DNA of 64,000 nt from Nitrosopumilus sp. (GCA_965197525.1 OZ240211.1:1376001-1440000); one strand, 5' to 3'. Counted from the first letter of the stretch, positions 10,955-20,661 are shown. The notes: generated by a model from the sequence alone, not told the origin. Program-made: numbers and translations.

Positions 10955-11605
10955 TTAATCTTTGTCGTCGAATTTCAACATCTCTGCAAGATTCAGCTGT
11001 TTTGAATTCTTTTTCTTGATAAAACATCTCTCATAGTATTGGCAACCAGAACACTGTTCTGATGGTTCAAGGATTGGCACTCTCTTTTCCTTTAACAAGT
11101 CGTGTAATACTGTCACTCGTCGTACTACTTCCTCAAACATCTTTTTGTTGCGCGATAGTGAAAATGTTGTGTCTTTCTTATCAGCTGTAAGATAAACTAT
11201 CACTCCATCTGCTTTATCATATATCCACATACATGCGTTAAGGTACAGTATATCGTGCGCAGCTGGATTATCTAATTCTTTGGTCGTGCTTCTGAACAAA
11301 ATAATTATGTCATCAGCTATCATATCTGCCTGTCCTCTTAGATTGATGTCATTGTGTGAGTAATCTCTTCGCTGAGTTGCAGACTGTGATTTACGTAATA
11401 GTCCTGAGAACAGATCATTGAATTCTCCTGCATTTTCAATCTCTTTGGGGTCAACTCTGTCATAATATGAACGTCTTAGGCATTGGATTACCTCTTCTAA
11501 ATGAATCGTTTGAATATCAGACGCATCTATCTCAATATCAGCCTCTTTTCTAATGGCATTGATTGCATTATCAATCACACTTCGAAAATCCCTATCCCCC
11601 ATCAT
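10955..11605 (-). CDS. Solo Cas4-like PD-(D/E)xK-fold protein, probably Fe-S, with an atypical active site
   Basis: N-terminal QCLRRSYY plus C-terminal C-x2-C-x5-C; LRGQAD strand; the expected E-x-K position reads LFR. Confidence 0.7.
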   Translation of the reverse strand: MMGDRDFRSVIDNAINAIRKEADIEIDASDIQTIHLEEVIQCLRRSYYDRVDPKEIENAGEFNDLFSGLLRKSQSATQRRDYSHNDINLRGQADMIADDIIILFRSTTKELDNPAAHDILYLNACMWIYDKADGVIVYLTADKKDTTFSLSRNKKMFEEVVRRVTVLHDLLKEKRVPILEPSEQCSGCQYYERCFIKKKNSKQLNLAEMLKFDDKD

Positions 11606-11691
11606 GATACATCTTGAGATTTTTCATGCTTTTTATGTCTAGCTTTCTAAATTAGCGTATCCGCTTCAGATTTTTGCTATCTGATTTTAAA

Positions 11692-11922
11692 TTAAATCAT
11701 ATTGGTTATAATTTTTGAAATCTTTCCTGAAAATGCTAGTATCACAAAATGTAATCCAAATCCAACAACTGCGCCTAAAAGTAACTCTCCTGTTGTGAAA
11801 TAAATTCCAAGGAACAGTGCCAGTGGGGGCAGCGCAAAGATCATGGCTAAAAACGAGCTAACCCAGATAAGCCTAAACAACACTTCAGACGATATTTGGT
11901 TTTTTTTCTTTGGAAACTTCAA
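11692..11922 (-). CDS. Small two-TM protein
   Basis: 76-aa hydrophobic ORF downstream of atpC. Confidence 0.6.
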   Translation of the reverse strand: MKFPKKKNQISSEVLFRLIWVSSFLAMIFALPPLALFLGIYFTTGELLLGAVVGFGLHFVILAFSGKISKIITNMI

Positions 11923-11945
11923 AATTAAGGATCCTACTACTGCTA

Positions 11946-13007
11946 CTACTCTTCTTCCTCTATAATTAACTTTGACATTGTAATATCAGTTGCAATCTTT
12001 TGTTCTACTGCAAAAGCAATAGCTGCTAGATTCCTAATCTCAAATGATGTTAGTTTTGTGATGCCAACAATTGTTGCAAAGCTAAACATCTTTGTAAATG
12101 ATCTAATAGATGTACGGTATATTGACATCTCAAATGCGCGTTCAAATTCTGCAATGGCATCTAGCTCATTTTCAGATTGCGGAACAAGATCTTTGTATTT
12201 TGTACCTGCTATCTCATTGAACGCATCTCTGACAGTACCTACTGCCATTATTCTTGACAATAGTTCTTTTGCAGGAGGGCTAGTAGGTATTATTAGATCT
12301 TCTATCTGTTCATCTTGCAGCCCCCAGAACTTTCCTCTTATTACACTTAGAATATTGTAAAAATCAATATCCATAGCCACTATTTTTACTGCTTCCTTGT
12401 CAGAATAATTTTTCATTGCCGATGCTAGCTGCCGAAACAATATCTTGTCAAAATACGTATCCAGAATTTGCAAGTTCTTTCTCTCGTTGTACAACGCTGC
12501 AGCCTTTGCTATCTCATCTGCAAACTGTGCTGAATTTAAACTTGCAACTGCCTCTTCAAAATCTTTTGCAACTAATGCCTTGACTACGATATCTCTTTGC
12601 TTAATCAACTCTTCGGCATGAAGGTTTATGTGAGATTCAATCTCCTCTTGTGATTTTCCCAATATCTTCCCTTTTAGGATTAGTTTCAGATTAGAGATAA
12701 TAAATTTCATATAATATGCATCCAAAACCCCTGAACTACCTGATGTTTTTGCAATGGAGTAATGAATATCTGCTAGTTTACTTCTGAGTGCTGCTTCAAT
12801 ATTTTGTGAAGTGTATGGTTTTTGTACATTTGCTACTGCATCACTATATATGGTATTTTTTATTCTAGTCAACAACTCCTCCAAATCTCTTGCTTCAGCA
12901 AGCGTCTGAAAATCAGATTTTGTTAGTAATTTACCTCTTTTACTATATGCTTTTACAGAGGCATAGACATTTTTTGAACCACCCATAATAGCCAAGTCTT
13001 TTGCCAA
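11946..13007 (-). CDS. atpC: A/V-type ATP synthase subunit C (AC39 family)
   Basis: YASVKAYSKRGKLL, LDTYFDK, FEIRNLAAIA; length about 350 aa. Confidence 0.85.
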   Translation of the reverse strand: MAKDLAIMGGSKNVYASVKAYSKRGKLLTKSDFQTLAEARDLEELLTRIKNTIYSDAVANVQKPYTSQNIEAALRSKLADIHYSIAKTSGSSGVLDAYYMKFIISNLKLILKGKILGKSQEEIESHINLHAEELIKQRDIVVKALVAKDFEEAVASLNSAQFADEIAKAAALYNERKNLQILDTYFDKILFRQLASAMKNYSDKEAVKIVAMDIDFYNILSVIRGKFWGLQDEQIEDLIIPTSPPAKELLSRIMAVGTVRDAFNEIAGTKYKDLVPQSENELDAIAEFERAFEMSIYRTSIRSFTKMFSFATIVGITKLTSFEIRNLAAIAFAVEQKIATDITMSKLIIEEEE

Positions 13008-13045
13008 CTGATTTTAATGTTTGGTGAAATATTGTGTTGAAATTC

Positions 13046-13726
13046 TTATGTGATCTTCTCTAGTAGTGTGATTGCTTCCTTTTTTTCTTGTTTTGTTAGT
13101 TTTGCAAACGCCATTAGTATCTCTTTTTGGATTACTAGTGACTCATCTGAAATATGCTGTAGTTTTGAGAGATCAAACGGGAGTAATTGATCTATCTTAC
13201 CATCGCAAAATGCCTTTACATATTTTTGAAAGATTGAGTATGTAAAGAGAGGGCTTGTTTCTAATAAACGTGATAAAATTACTTGGAACTCTCTTTCTTC
13301 TGGTTCTGATACTCGGACGAACGCTTTGAATAGACTCTTTCTATTTTTTACCTCATCAATTGACAATGCCACTAAAATTCCCTTCTTTGTTAAATGGTAA
13401 TACGGAATTCCTTTCTCCTGCAGTACCTTTGGACCTCTCTTTAACGGCAATCGTCCATTCTCTTCTGCAATATCCATAGGCAGTAAGATCTCATCAAGAT
13501 CCCGAAATATTCCTGAGTAGATGTTCTTTGAAGAGATTCCTTGTTTCTTTGCTATTCTCTGTGAGATGCCGGTTCTTGTTCTCTCCACTGGGTTTAGATT
13601 ACTGCCTAAAATTGCGATAATTGTTCTTTGTCTGCAAGCTTCTCCTGTTAAATTATTGCCTTTTGTCTTGAATGTGTTAAAAATTGCCAATCCTGTATCT
13701 GATTTTGTTTTTACTACGCTTATCAT
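13046..13726 (-). CDS. Winged-helix-like hypothetical protein divergent from amt
   Basis: 'YSGIFRDLDEILLP..I.EE.G' and 'YYHLTKKGILVAL' wing/recognition-like pattern. Confidence 0.55.
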   Translation of the reverse strand: MISVVKTKSDTGLAIFNTFKTKGNNLTGEACRQRTIIAILGSNLNPVERTRTGISQRIAKKQGISSKNIYSGIFRDLDEILLPMDIAEENGRLPLKRGPKVLQEKGIPYYHLTKKGILVALSIDEVKNRKSLFKAFVRVSEPEEREFQVILSRLLETSPLFTYSIFQKYVKAFCDGKIDQLLPFDLSKLQHISDESLVIQKEILMAFAKLTKQEKKEAITLLEKIT

Positions 13727-13841
13727 GATATATTTTTTATATTTTATGTTACTTTATAAATATATTCAAATATAATTATTTACTTTTTTATTTGTTTCAA
13801 AGTTTCGAATCCTTAAATAATTTTCATCTGCGAAAAATTTA

Positions 13842-15404
13842 ATGAATTCTAGAAACTACAAGTATGCTCTATTACTTGTAGCCGCAGTATCTATCACAGC
13901 AACCGGTGCTATGTCACAAGCATATGCACAGAGTGTTGATGATGGTATGGACGGATATGTCAAGGGAACTAGTGGAATTTACACTGGTAACCCCAACGAA
14001 TGTTGGTATGATGACGGCGCCGGTGGAATGCTACCCTGTAAAGTAGATACAGGTGATATGGCATGGATGCTGACTGCAACGTCATTGGTACTCTTCATGT
14101 CTCCAGGTGTCGGTTTCTTTTATGGCGGTTTAGCCAGATCAAAGAACATCGTCAACGTACTTGGTATGACCCTGATAGTAATGGGTTTAATGTCAGTACA
14201 ATGGATTCTATGGGGATACTCACTAGCATTTGGCGGAATTGATTCAGACGCAAACTTGTTCATGGGAAATCTCGATTATGTCGGATTTAACCAAGTGTCT
14301 CCGTATGCACCGTTAGGTGAGGTAGGACCATGTTCTGATACATGGGCAGCTGCTTACCAGATGAGTACGATGACAGACGAAGAAGTTTGTAGTCTCAGTT
14401 GGCCAGGTACAGTGCCTCACCAACTCTTTGCAATGTTCCAAGGAACATTTGCAATAATCACACCGGTACTAATTATTGGTGGATTAGTTGACAGAATCAA
14501 ATTCAGCGCATTGATGATATTCGTACTTCTATGGGGAACCTTCGTTTACGATCCAATAGCACATTGGGTATGGGGAGGCGGATACATAGGAGGTGGATCA
14601 TTAGATCTCGATCCAGATCTATCACCGTCATATGCACTTGACTTTGCAGGTGGTACTGTAGTACACATATCTTCAGGATTTGCAGCATTGGCAGGAGCCC
14701 TAGTCCTTGGCAGACGTCTTGGATATGGCAAAGTGCCAATGGAACCACATAACATTCCGCTAGTAGTCCTCGGAGCAGGAATCCTCTGGTTTGGATGGTT
14801 TGGTTTCAATGCAGGAAGTGAAGTACAGGTAGACGGTATTGCCGTAAGCGCATGGACTGTTACAAATACAGCAACTGGTATGGCCGTAGTCACTTGGGTG
14901 CTCATGTCTTGGGCACATACAGGAAAACCAAGTATCGTTGGAGCCGCATCAGGCGCGATAGCGGGATTGGTAGCAATCACGCCAGCGTCTGGATGGGTAG
15001 GCCCGATGGCAGCGATCATAATCGGTATTGCAGCTGGTACAATTTGTTATGCATCAATTGCATTCAAGAATGCACGCAAATGGGACGACGCATTAGATGT
15101 ATGGGGAGTACATGGAATGGGCGGTCTTACAGGTGCAGTTTTGACTGGTACATTAGCTAGCCCACACATTTGGGATACCGGAGACGGTATTGGTGCATGG
15201 ACTGGTACACCAGAAGGAATGGAACAGCAAGCAATCAGCATTTTAGGTGCTGCAATCTCCATAGGTTATGCCTTTGGTGTTACGATTGTAATCCTAAAGG
15301 TAATGGATGCCGTATGGCCTGGTGGAATCAGAGTCACTCCTAAAGAAGAGGAGATTGGTCTTGATTTGGCCCAACATGGCGAAAGAGCATACGTAAACGA
15401 ATAG
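13842..15404 (+). CDS. amt: Ammonium transporter
   Basis: DTGDMAWML, FYGGL, DFAGGTVVH, WFGWFGFNAGS, DDALDVWGVHG (twin His present), GLDLAQHGE. Confidence 0.97.
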   Translation: MNSRNYKYALLLVAAVSITATGAMSQAYAQSVDDGMDGYVKGTSGIYTGNPNECWYDDGAGGMLPCKVDTGDMAWMLTATSLVLFMSPGVGFFYGGLARSKNIVNVLGMTLIVMGLMSVQWILWGYSLAFGGIDSDANLFMGNLDYVGFNQVSPYAPLGEVGPCSDTWAAAYQMSTMTDEEVCSLSWPGTVPHQLFAMFQGTFAIITPVLIIGGLVDRIKFSALMIFVLLWGTFVYDPIAHWVWGGGYIGGGSLDLDPDLSPSYALDFAGGTVVHISSGFAALAGALVLGRRLGYGKVPMEPHNIPLVVLGAGILWFGWFGFNAGSEVQVDGIAVSAWTVTNTATGMAVVTWVLMSWAHTGKPSIVGAASGAIAGLVAITPASGWVGPMAAIIIGIAAGTICYASIAFKNARKWDDALDVWGVHGMGGLTGAVLTGTLASPHIWDTGDGIGAWTGTPEGMEQQAISILGAAISIGYAFGVTIVILKVMDAVWPGGIRVTPKEEEIGLDLAQHGERAYVNE

Positions 15405-15417
15405 GAAAACACCCACC

Positions 15418-15432
15418 TTTTTTCTTCTTTTT
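15418..15432 (+). terminator. Oligo-T tract downstream of amt
   Basis: TTTTTTCTTCTTTTT about 14 nt after the stop; archaeal U-rich terminator pattern. Confidence 0.5.
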
Positions 15433-15473
15433 ATTTAATCACAATAAATTTAGGTGCGATCATTTTTTCAAAT

Positions 15474-16256
15474 GTGTTGCTAATATCTACCACAGAACTT
15501 TATACAATTTTGAATGATCCTAATGTGATAATAACTGATACACGTTCCTTTCAAGAATACTCTCAGGGTCATATACCAGGGGCAGTAAACTTGGATCTAT
15601 TTGCGTTTCATTGGATTGATACAACAAAACAAGGTATTGATAATTTTAATACCCAAGTACAAAGCCTACTTTCATTTATTGGAGTAACATCTGAAAAGAA
15701 AGTCATATTTTATGATAACGCATCTGGAATGACTGCTGCAAGAGGTGTTTGGATGTCCATGTATCTCTCTCATTATGATGCTTTTATTTTAGATGGTGGA
15801 GTAACAAAATGGAAAAGGGATGGTCTTTTACTTGAAACCAAACCAAATGGTTTTCGACCATCTAGGTTTAAAGGTAAGATTAACTCTGAAATTATTTCAG
15901 GTTTTTCATATATTCAAGAGAATCTAAAAGATATTACAATTATTGATGCGCGTTTGCCTCAAGAGTATGATGGAACAGTAATTCGTGCAGCTAACGGTGG
16001 TCATATACCGAATGCTGTTAATATTGATTGGAGTGAAAATATCAACCCAGAAGATGGAACATTCAAGAATGATAAAGAACTCTCTGCCGTGTATAACTAT
16101 CCAAAGGATTCTAAAATTGTAACGTATTGTCACGGTGCATACAGAGCAGCTAATACCTTTCTAGCATTAAAGAAATTAGGATTCAAAAACGTTAGTGTAT
16201 ATTTAGGCTCTTGGGGCGAATGGGGAAATCGTTTAGAATTGCCAGCTGAAAAATAA
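15474..16256 (+). CDS. Tandem-domain rhodanese / thiosulfate sulfurtransferase
   Basis: GHIPGAVNL, LDGG..KW, GHIPNA, active-site CHGAYRA, YLGSWGEW. Confidence 0.9.
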   Translation: MLLISTTELYTILNDPNVIITDTRSFQEYSQGHIPGAVNLDLFAFHWIDTTKQGIDNFNTQVQSLLSFIGVTSEKKVIFYDNASGMTAARGVWMSMYLSHYDAFILDGGVTKWKRDGLLLETKPNGFRPSRFKGKINSEIISGFSYIQENLKDITIIDARLPQEYDGTVIRAANGGHIPNAVNIDWSENINPEDGTFKNDKELSAVYNYPKDSKIVTYCHGAYRAANTFLALKKLGFKNVSVYLGSWGEWGNRLELPAEK

Positions 16257-16407
16257 TAATGGCTATTAAAAAACAAACAAACAAACAAACGAATTACCCA
16301 GCAAGTTAGATCTGTCTGCACATACATGCAAGATTATTTCTTTAACATCTAGATATTATTAGAAATTTAATATACGAATTACTCATTCACTTGACATTAT
16401 CTAGTCT

Positions 16408-18510
16408 CTATTTGCTTTTTTTCCAAACAAATTGATTGTAAATCAATTCTGGTCTAATCTGTCTGAATGGTTGCGAACCACCTACATACCACTTTGTAAA
16501 GAACTCATACAAGTGCAACCTGAGAGATTGAATGTACACAATTAATCCCTCTATCATCATTATTCCTAGATTGCCCCCAATAATCATGGCTATTGCAGCG
16601 CCGGATTCAATACCTCCTAAAGATGTAAATGCATTATTTACAGTCAACAATAACGCCGCATGCACCAACAACATAATCCCTATTCGCGCATAACTAATGG
16701 TGTGAGCTAAACTCTCAACGGTTTTTCCTAATAACACCTCCATGACGACACTTGCCGGATCTCCTCCGTCCTCTGGATGCTTTTTTGCATGCATTATTCC
16801 ACCAACCATCATGATTACCATTGATGCAATTACAATAACTACCGCAATTCTTGTAACAATCCAAACTTGTGCCCAATCCCCTAGGAACATTGTCACCCAA
16901 GGAACAGCCTCTGTGTGTGCTCTAGAGTACATGTTTATTACATCATATTGGGAACCGATAGCGCACATCATAATGACAACGATTCCGCCGTATAGTGCAA
17001 CATTTGGAATAGCCTCTGTAAATACAACCAACTTGTGTCCTTCTTTTAACAATCTAATTATCCGCAACATCATAGCCCAAAGCAGATGCACAATCCCTAT
17101 GAATAGTGAAACTTTGAGGATATCAATGACTTGATCAAATGTTAGTTCAGCGACGCTCAACACTCCTACTATCCAACTAATCGAGTGCAACGCTCCTCCT
17201 TCCTCTAACAGTCCTTCAAATGGTGTCAAATGATCAAGGTGATACCCAAACGCTTCTCCTGCACCCACACCTGCAATAGCAGCCGACGCTCCAGAAATTG
17301 CAATTAGCATTCCCCATCTAGATAGCTCTCCTTGTCCTTTAAACTTGAATAGCAAACCTAATCCCATAAGCAGTAATCCATGACCCATATCTGCAAACAT
17401 TAATCCATAAAAGATTGGCCACATCAAAGCAATCATTGGGGTTGGATCTGGCTCTCCGGCCTTTGGTATTCCCTGACTCTTCGTAATGACCTCAAAAGTT
17501 TTAATGAATCTTTTATTATCAAACAATGTTGGAGTAGTCGCTTTGAGTTTTGGATCAGTTATATCTTCTACTACTGACATCCATTGCTTTGTCGATTCCG
17601 TAAATTTTGCTTCCATCTTTTCTGGAATAAATCCTTGAATTACTGCAAAGTTTTTTGTTCCACCTGGTTTTCTCAAAGTTTCAAGTACATCTTTTGCAAT
17701 AAGGGCTTTTTCATGGATGGATAAAATGTCCCTTCTATTCTTTTTTGTTAGCCCAGCTAGCTCTTTTTTTACGGCTACTTGTTTTGCAGTAAGTTCTTTT
17801 ATCTTTGTTTCTGCAAGAGTATATGCTTCACTAGGAATTTGAGGAAAACCCTCTGGAATCTTAAATGTATGCGTATTGAAACTTCTTAAAATTTTCAGAA
17901 TCTTTTCGGCATCACTACTAGGTACAATTACAAGAATCGCTGCCTTGTCCTTATTCTCTAAATCATATTTGTAAATTGTGGCATCCTCAAGTGAACGATT
18001 TATCTCATCATAATCACTTGAGTTAATTACAAAGATATTTACAAAGAATTGCCTCATTAAACCGAATCCAGACAAATCCATATTCATCTTTCTAATTATT
18101 TGTAATGTCTCTCTAAGCGAATTGAACTCTTCGATGGCAAGTCTAGTGTTTGCCGCATCTTCTAAAAGTTTTGCCGGTCTCTCAATAATTCTAGGAGCTT
18201 CTTCACTTAACTCTTTGACCATCTCTTCTATTTCATCCATCTCGTAGTCTTTCTTCTTGATTACGGTTCCTTTGAATAAAATCTCCATTATTCCTACAGT
18301 CGCAGGAATCCCCATTCCTTTGACTATATCATCAACTGACTGAAAAGTTTGTTGTGCCTTTAAGAGCAGATCATCAATTTCAGGTGTCACTCGATCACCT
18401 TCGGCGTCAATCTTATGATACCATTCAAATTCCGTTAATCTAGAAATTGCTCTAGGTGACTCACTTCTCGGTAATATCACAGTTCCTAGTTTCAAATCAG
18501 CGGTTCCCAA
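16408..18510 (-). CDS. atpI: A/V-type ATP synthase subunit I (a)
   Basis: 700 aa; EPDPTP, FYGLMFADMGHG, SHTISYARI-type essential Arg, QSLRLHLYEFFTKWY. Confidence 0.95.
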   Translation of the reverse strand: MGTADLKLGTVILPRSESPRAISRLTEFEWYHKIDAEGDRVTPEIDDLLLKAQQTFQSVDDIVKGMGIPATVGIMEILFKGTVIKKKDYEMDEIEEMVKELSEEAPRIIERPAKLLEDAANTRLAIEEFNSLRETLQIIRKMNMDLSGFGLMRQFFVNIFVINSSDYDEINRSLEDATIYKYDLENKDKAAILVIVPSSDAEKILKILRSFNTHTFKIPEGFPQIPSEAYTLAETKIKELTAKQVAVKKELAGLTKKNRRDILSIHEKALIAKDVLETLRKPGGTKNFAVIQGFIPEKMEAKFTESTKQWMSVVEDITDPKLKATTPTLFDNKRFIKTFEVITKSQGIPKAGEPDPTPMIALMWPIFYGLMFADMGHGLLLMGLGLLFKFKGQGELSRWGMLIAISGASAAIAGVGAGEAFGYHLDHLTPFEGLLEEGGALHSISWIVGVLSVAELTFDQVIDILKVSLFIGIVHLLWAMMLRIIRLLKEGHKLVVFTEAIPNVALYGGIVVIMMCAIGSQYDVINMYSRAHTEAVPWVTMFLGDWAQVWIVTRIAVVIVIASMVIMMVGGIMHAKKHPEDGGDPASVVMEVLLGKTVESLAHTISYARIGIMLLVHAALLLTVNNAFTSLGGIESGAAIAMIIGGNLGIMMIEGLIVYIQSLRLHLYEFFTKWYVGGSQPFRQIRPELIYNQFVWKKSK

Positions 18511-18728
18511 GATAAATTTCTGGAATTTTATTCGTGTTTAATATCTTTCTGATTTATTTTTCGGTTCTGTTGCATTCACGAGTGGTATTATTAACAATAA
18601 CAATCACTCAGAACACTGGACTTTGACATATCGACTATCTGGATTACCGGTATACAGGGTTCCATCATCGCTGACTCAAAAACGTCAGACTGCGCTTCAC
18701 TTATGCCAACTCTACTATCCCTAAACCT

Positions 18729-18917
18729 AGGATGTTTTGCCTCTTTTGTGTCTGGGTTATTACAGGTAGGGCACCTTCTGCCATCCCTCCATATTCTAGA
18801 TTCAAACCATTTCTCTGCTGTATCATTATCAGGAAACATCTTGAATAACTCCATCAAGGTAATACCTTTTCTAAATGATTTGCCTGGTGCTTGTGTGTCT
18901 TTCTTGTTTTTATTCAT
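18729..18917 (-). pseudogene. IS1595 transposase N-terminal fragment (zinc ribbon only)
   Basis: APGKSFRKGITLMELFKMFPDNDTAEKWFESRIWRDGRRCPTC matches the IS1595 N-terminus; no DDE/ISXO2-like domain follows. Confidence 0.75.
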
Positions 18918-19190
18918 ATATCTCATACTGATCTGACCTCTTGCCTGCCTTGCACTCGTGCATAAGACCTCTTTAAAATTAATATACCACAAAAAGAATC
19001 AAAAGATGGCTCAGAGCAAAGCCTATTCATCATGAATCGGCTTTCAGTCAATAGTTCTCCCAAACTAGAGCCTTTTCTTTTCATCATCGCCATTCTTTTC
19101 ATACATACTATACGTTTTAACTACATATATACTATATGTTTTGGCTATATATAGTAAACAATTATATAATGATTATAGCTATGTTTGTGT

Positions 19191-19334
19191 ATGAGCATGA
19201 AAGTCGATGGTGCATATTGGCGACACGAATGTAACAGGTGCAATGAGATTTGGTACAGCAGGAATGAATCTCCTAAGAATTGTAACAACAAGAAATGTAA
19301 TTCTCCATATTGGAACAAGGAACGTGTAAGGTGA
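19191..19334 (+). CDS. 47-aa zinc-finger passenger protein (not in ORF track)
   Basis: MSMKVDGAYWRHECNRCNEIWYSRNESPKNCNNKKCNSPYWNKERVR*; C-x2-C..W..P..C..C.SPYWN archaeal micro-zinc-finger pattern. Confidence 0.7.
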   Translation: MSMKVDGAYWRHECNRCNEIWYSRNESPKNCNNKKCNSPYWNKERVR

Positions 19335-19448
19335 GACAACCCAAGGGTTTGATAGGTCAGGGAATTTGAGACTACCCAAGTATAGTTCAACATAAAAGTA
19401 AATTTTTATATTATTCACATTTATATTATATTTTAAAAACTACTTGAC

Positions 19449-19592
19449 ATGAGCGAGATTCTATCGCAAACACGACTGGTAAGCGAAGACGAAGTTAAGA
19501 AATTGAAGGAGGAATTTGTAAAACAAGACGATCTCATAAAAGGAGATTGTTTTTTGGATCTGCTAGACGAAATTGACAAGCATATCAATTAG
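19449..19592 (+). CDS. 47-aa acidic helical passenger protein (not in ORF track)
   Basis: MSEILSQTRLVSEDEVKKLKEEFVKQDDLIKGDCFLDLLDEIDKHIN*. Confidence 0.45.
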   Translation: MSEILSQTRLVSEDEVKKLKEEFVKQDDLIKGDCFLDLLDEIDKHIN

Positions 19593-19827
19593 TGCATCCG
19601 ATGAACACGATTTGCGTAAAATAGGCATGAGAGTGTATTACTCTGCACATGTTCAAATGGATGAATTCTGGAATTACGTGATACAAAGAAAGGCAACCGA
19701 TTCAGGACACCTACAGTCGCAGGAACGCATATTTCAGATGAGAACCCTAAACAAATCTTTACGTATGATCTACGATCAATCAACCGATTCAATTTTTTGT
19801 AAACTTGTAACCTTGAATGATTTTTGA
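19573..19827 (+). CDS. Small passenger protein, weakly RelE/DUF4258-like
   Basis: Overlaps the upstream small ORF; 'YSAH' and 'LRMIYDQ..SIFCKLVT' resemble RelE-superfamily strands; the start may be ATG at 19627. Confidence 0.4.
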   Translation: MTSISISASDEHDLRKIGMRVYYSAHVQMDEFWNYVIQRKATDSGHLQSQERIFQMRTLNKSLRMIYDQSTDSIFCKLVTLNDF

Positions 19828-20051
19828 TTTTTCAACTACCATACTCAGCTTCAGATAATCCAACCGAATCCAAAACTTGATTTCAGCACCCGATAACTTC
19901 ACAGAACCAAGTATACCCATGTATATAATCCCCATAAATTACAAGGCTTGTTTTTAATAAAGGTGCTTTTTTTATTTATTTGGTTTTATTTTACCACTCG
20001 TGAATGCAACAGAGCCTATTTTTCCAAACATTAAAATTTATTATGACTTGA

Positions 20052-20660
20052 TTGCATTCATTGACATCTAATTTAGCACTGGAAAAGACGATTGACAACG
20101 TTTTGCTCAATACCGAAAAAAATATTCAGGCAAGCATCAAATCTGGTCTAGAGGACTCCCAACAAAGACTAGATGATTCTCTATTGATGCTAGATGCTGA
20201 ATACGATAAAATCTTGTTTGATGCTAAAAAAGAGGCTGACAAGCTTGAAAAACAGATAATTGGCGGCGCTGATATTAAGGCTAGAAATCAGCAACTAGTC
20301 CTGTTAGAACAAGCAGTTGATGGTGTATTTTCAAAAGCATTAGAACATATTACAAATATTGATAAAAGCGGTGACTATACAAATCTCATCAAGGCATTGA
20401 TAGTAGAGTCAACCCAAATCTTAGGAACTAACGAAGTTATTGTTTTTACAAATAGTAAAGACAGAAAAATAGTTGAATCTGTACTTTCAGAATTCCCAAC
20501 AGCAGTCCTGTCTTCTGACACATTTGACTGTCTGGGCGGCATTAAAGCCCACTCTAAGGATGGAACAATGACATTTGATAATACACTTGATGCAAGAATT
20601 CAACGTATGAAGCCTTTAATAAGGAAAGATATTGCAGCAAAATTCGGAGTGGGAAATTAA
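20052..20660 (+). CDS. atpE: A/V-type ATP synthase subunit E
   Basis: Coiled-coil N-terminus; CLGGIKA, FDNTLDARI C-terminal motif; likely start TTG 20061. Confidence 0.9.
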   Translation: MHSLTSNLALEKTIDNVLLNTEKNIQASIKSGLEDSQQRLDDSLLMLDAEYDKILFDAKKEADKLEKQIIGGADIKARNQQLVLLEQAVDGVFSKALEHITNIDKSGDYTNLIKALIVESTQILGTNEVIVFTNSKDRKIVESVLSEFPTAVLSSDTFDCLGGIKAHSKDGTMTFDNTLDARIQRMKPLIRKDIAAKFGVGN

Positions 20661-20661
20661 A

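Larger units (their letters stand above)
18563..20016. mobile_element. 1454-bp non-autonomous IS1595-family element with small passenger ORFs
   Basis: 25-bp TIR GG(T/C)TCTGTTGCATTCACGAGTGGTA (18563-18587 / 19992-20016, 24/25), 8-bp TSD TATTTTTC (18555-18562 / 20017-20024), internal IS1595 zinc-ribbon transposase fragment. Confidence 0.88.

Noticed and set aside
10955-11605. CRISPR-Cas locus around the Cas4-like gene
   Set aside because: No repeat-spacer array and no cas1/cas2 or effector genes in the window.
18591-18992. Track ORF as an intact 133-aa gene
   Set aside because: It is a chimera of read-through upstream sequence, an IS1595 zinc-ribbon fragment and an unrelated segment shared with the MITE.
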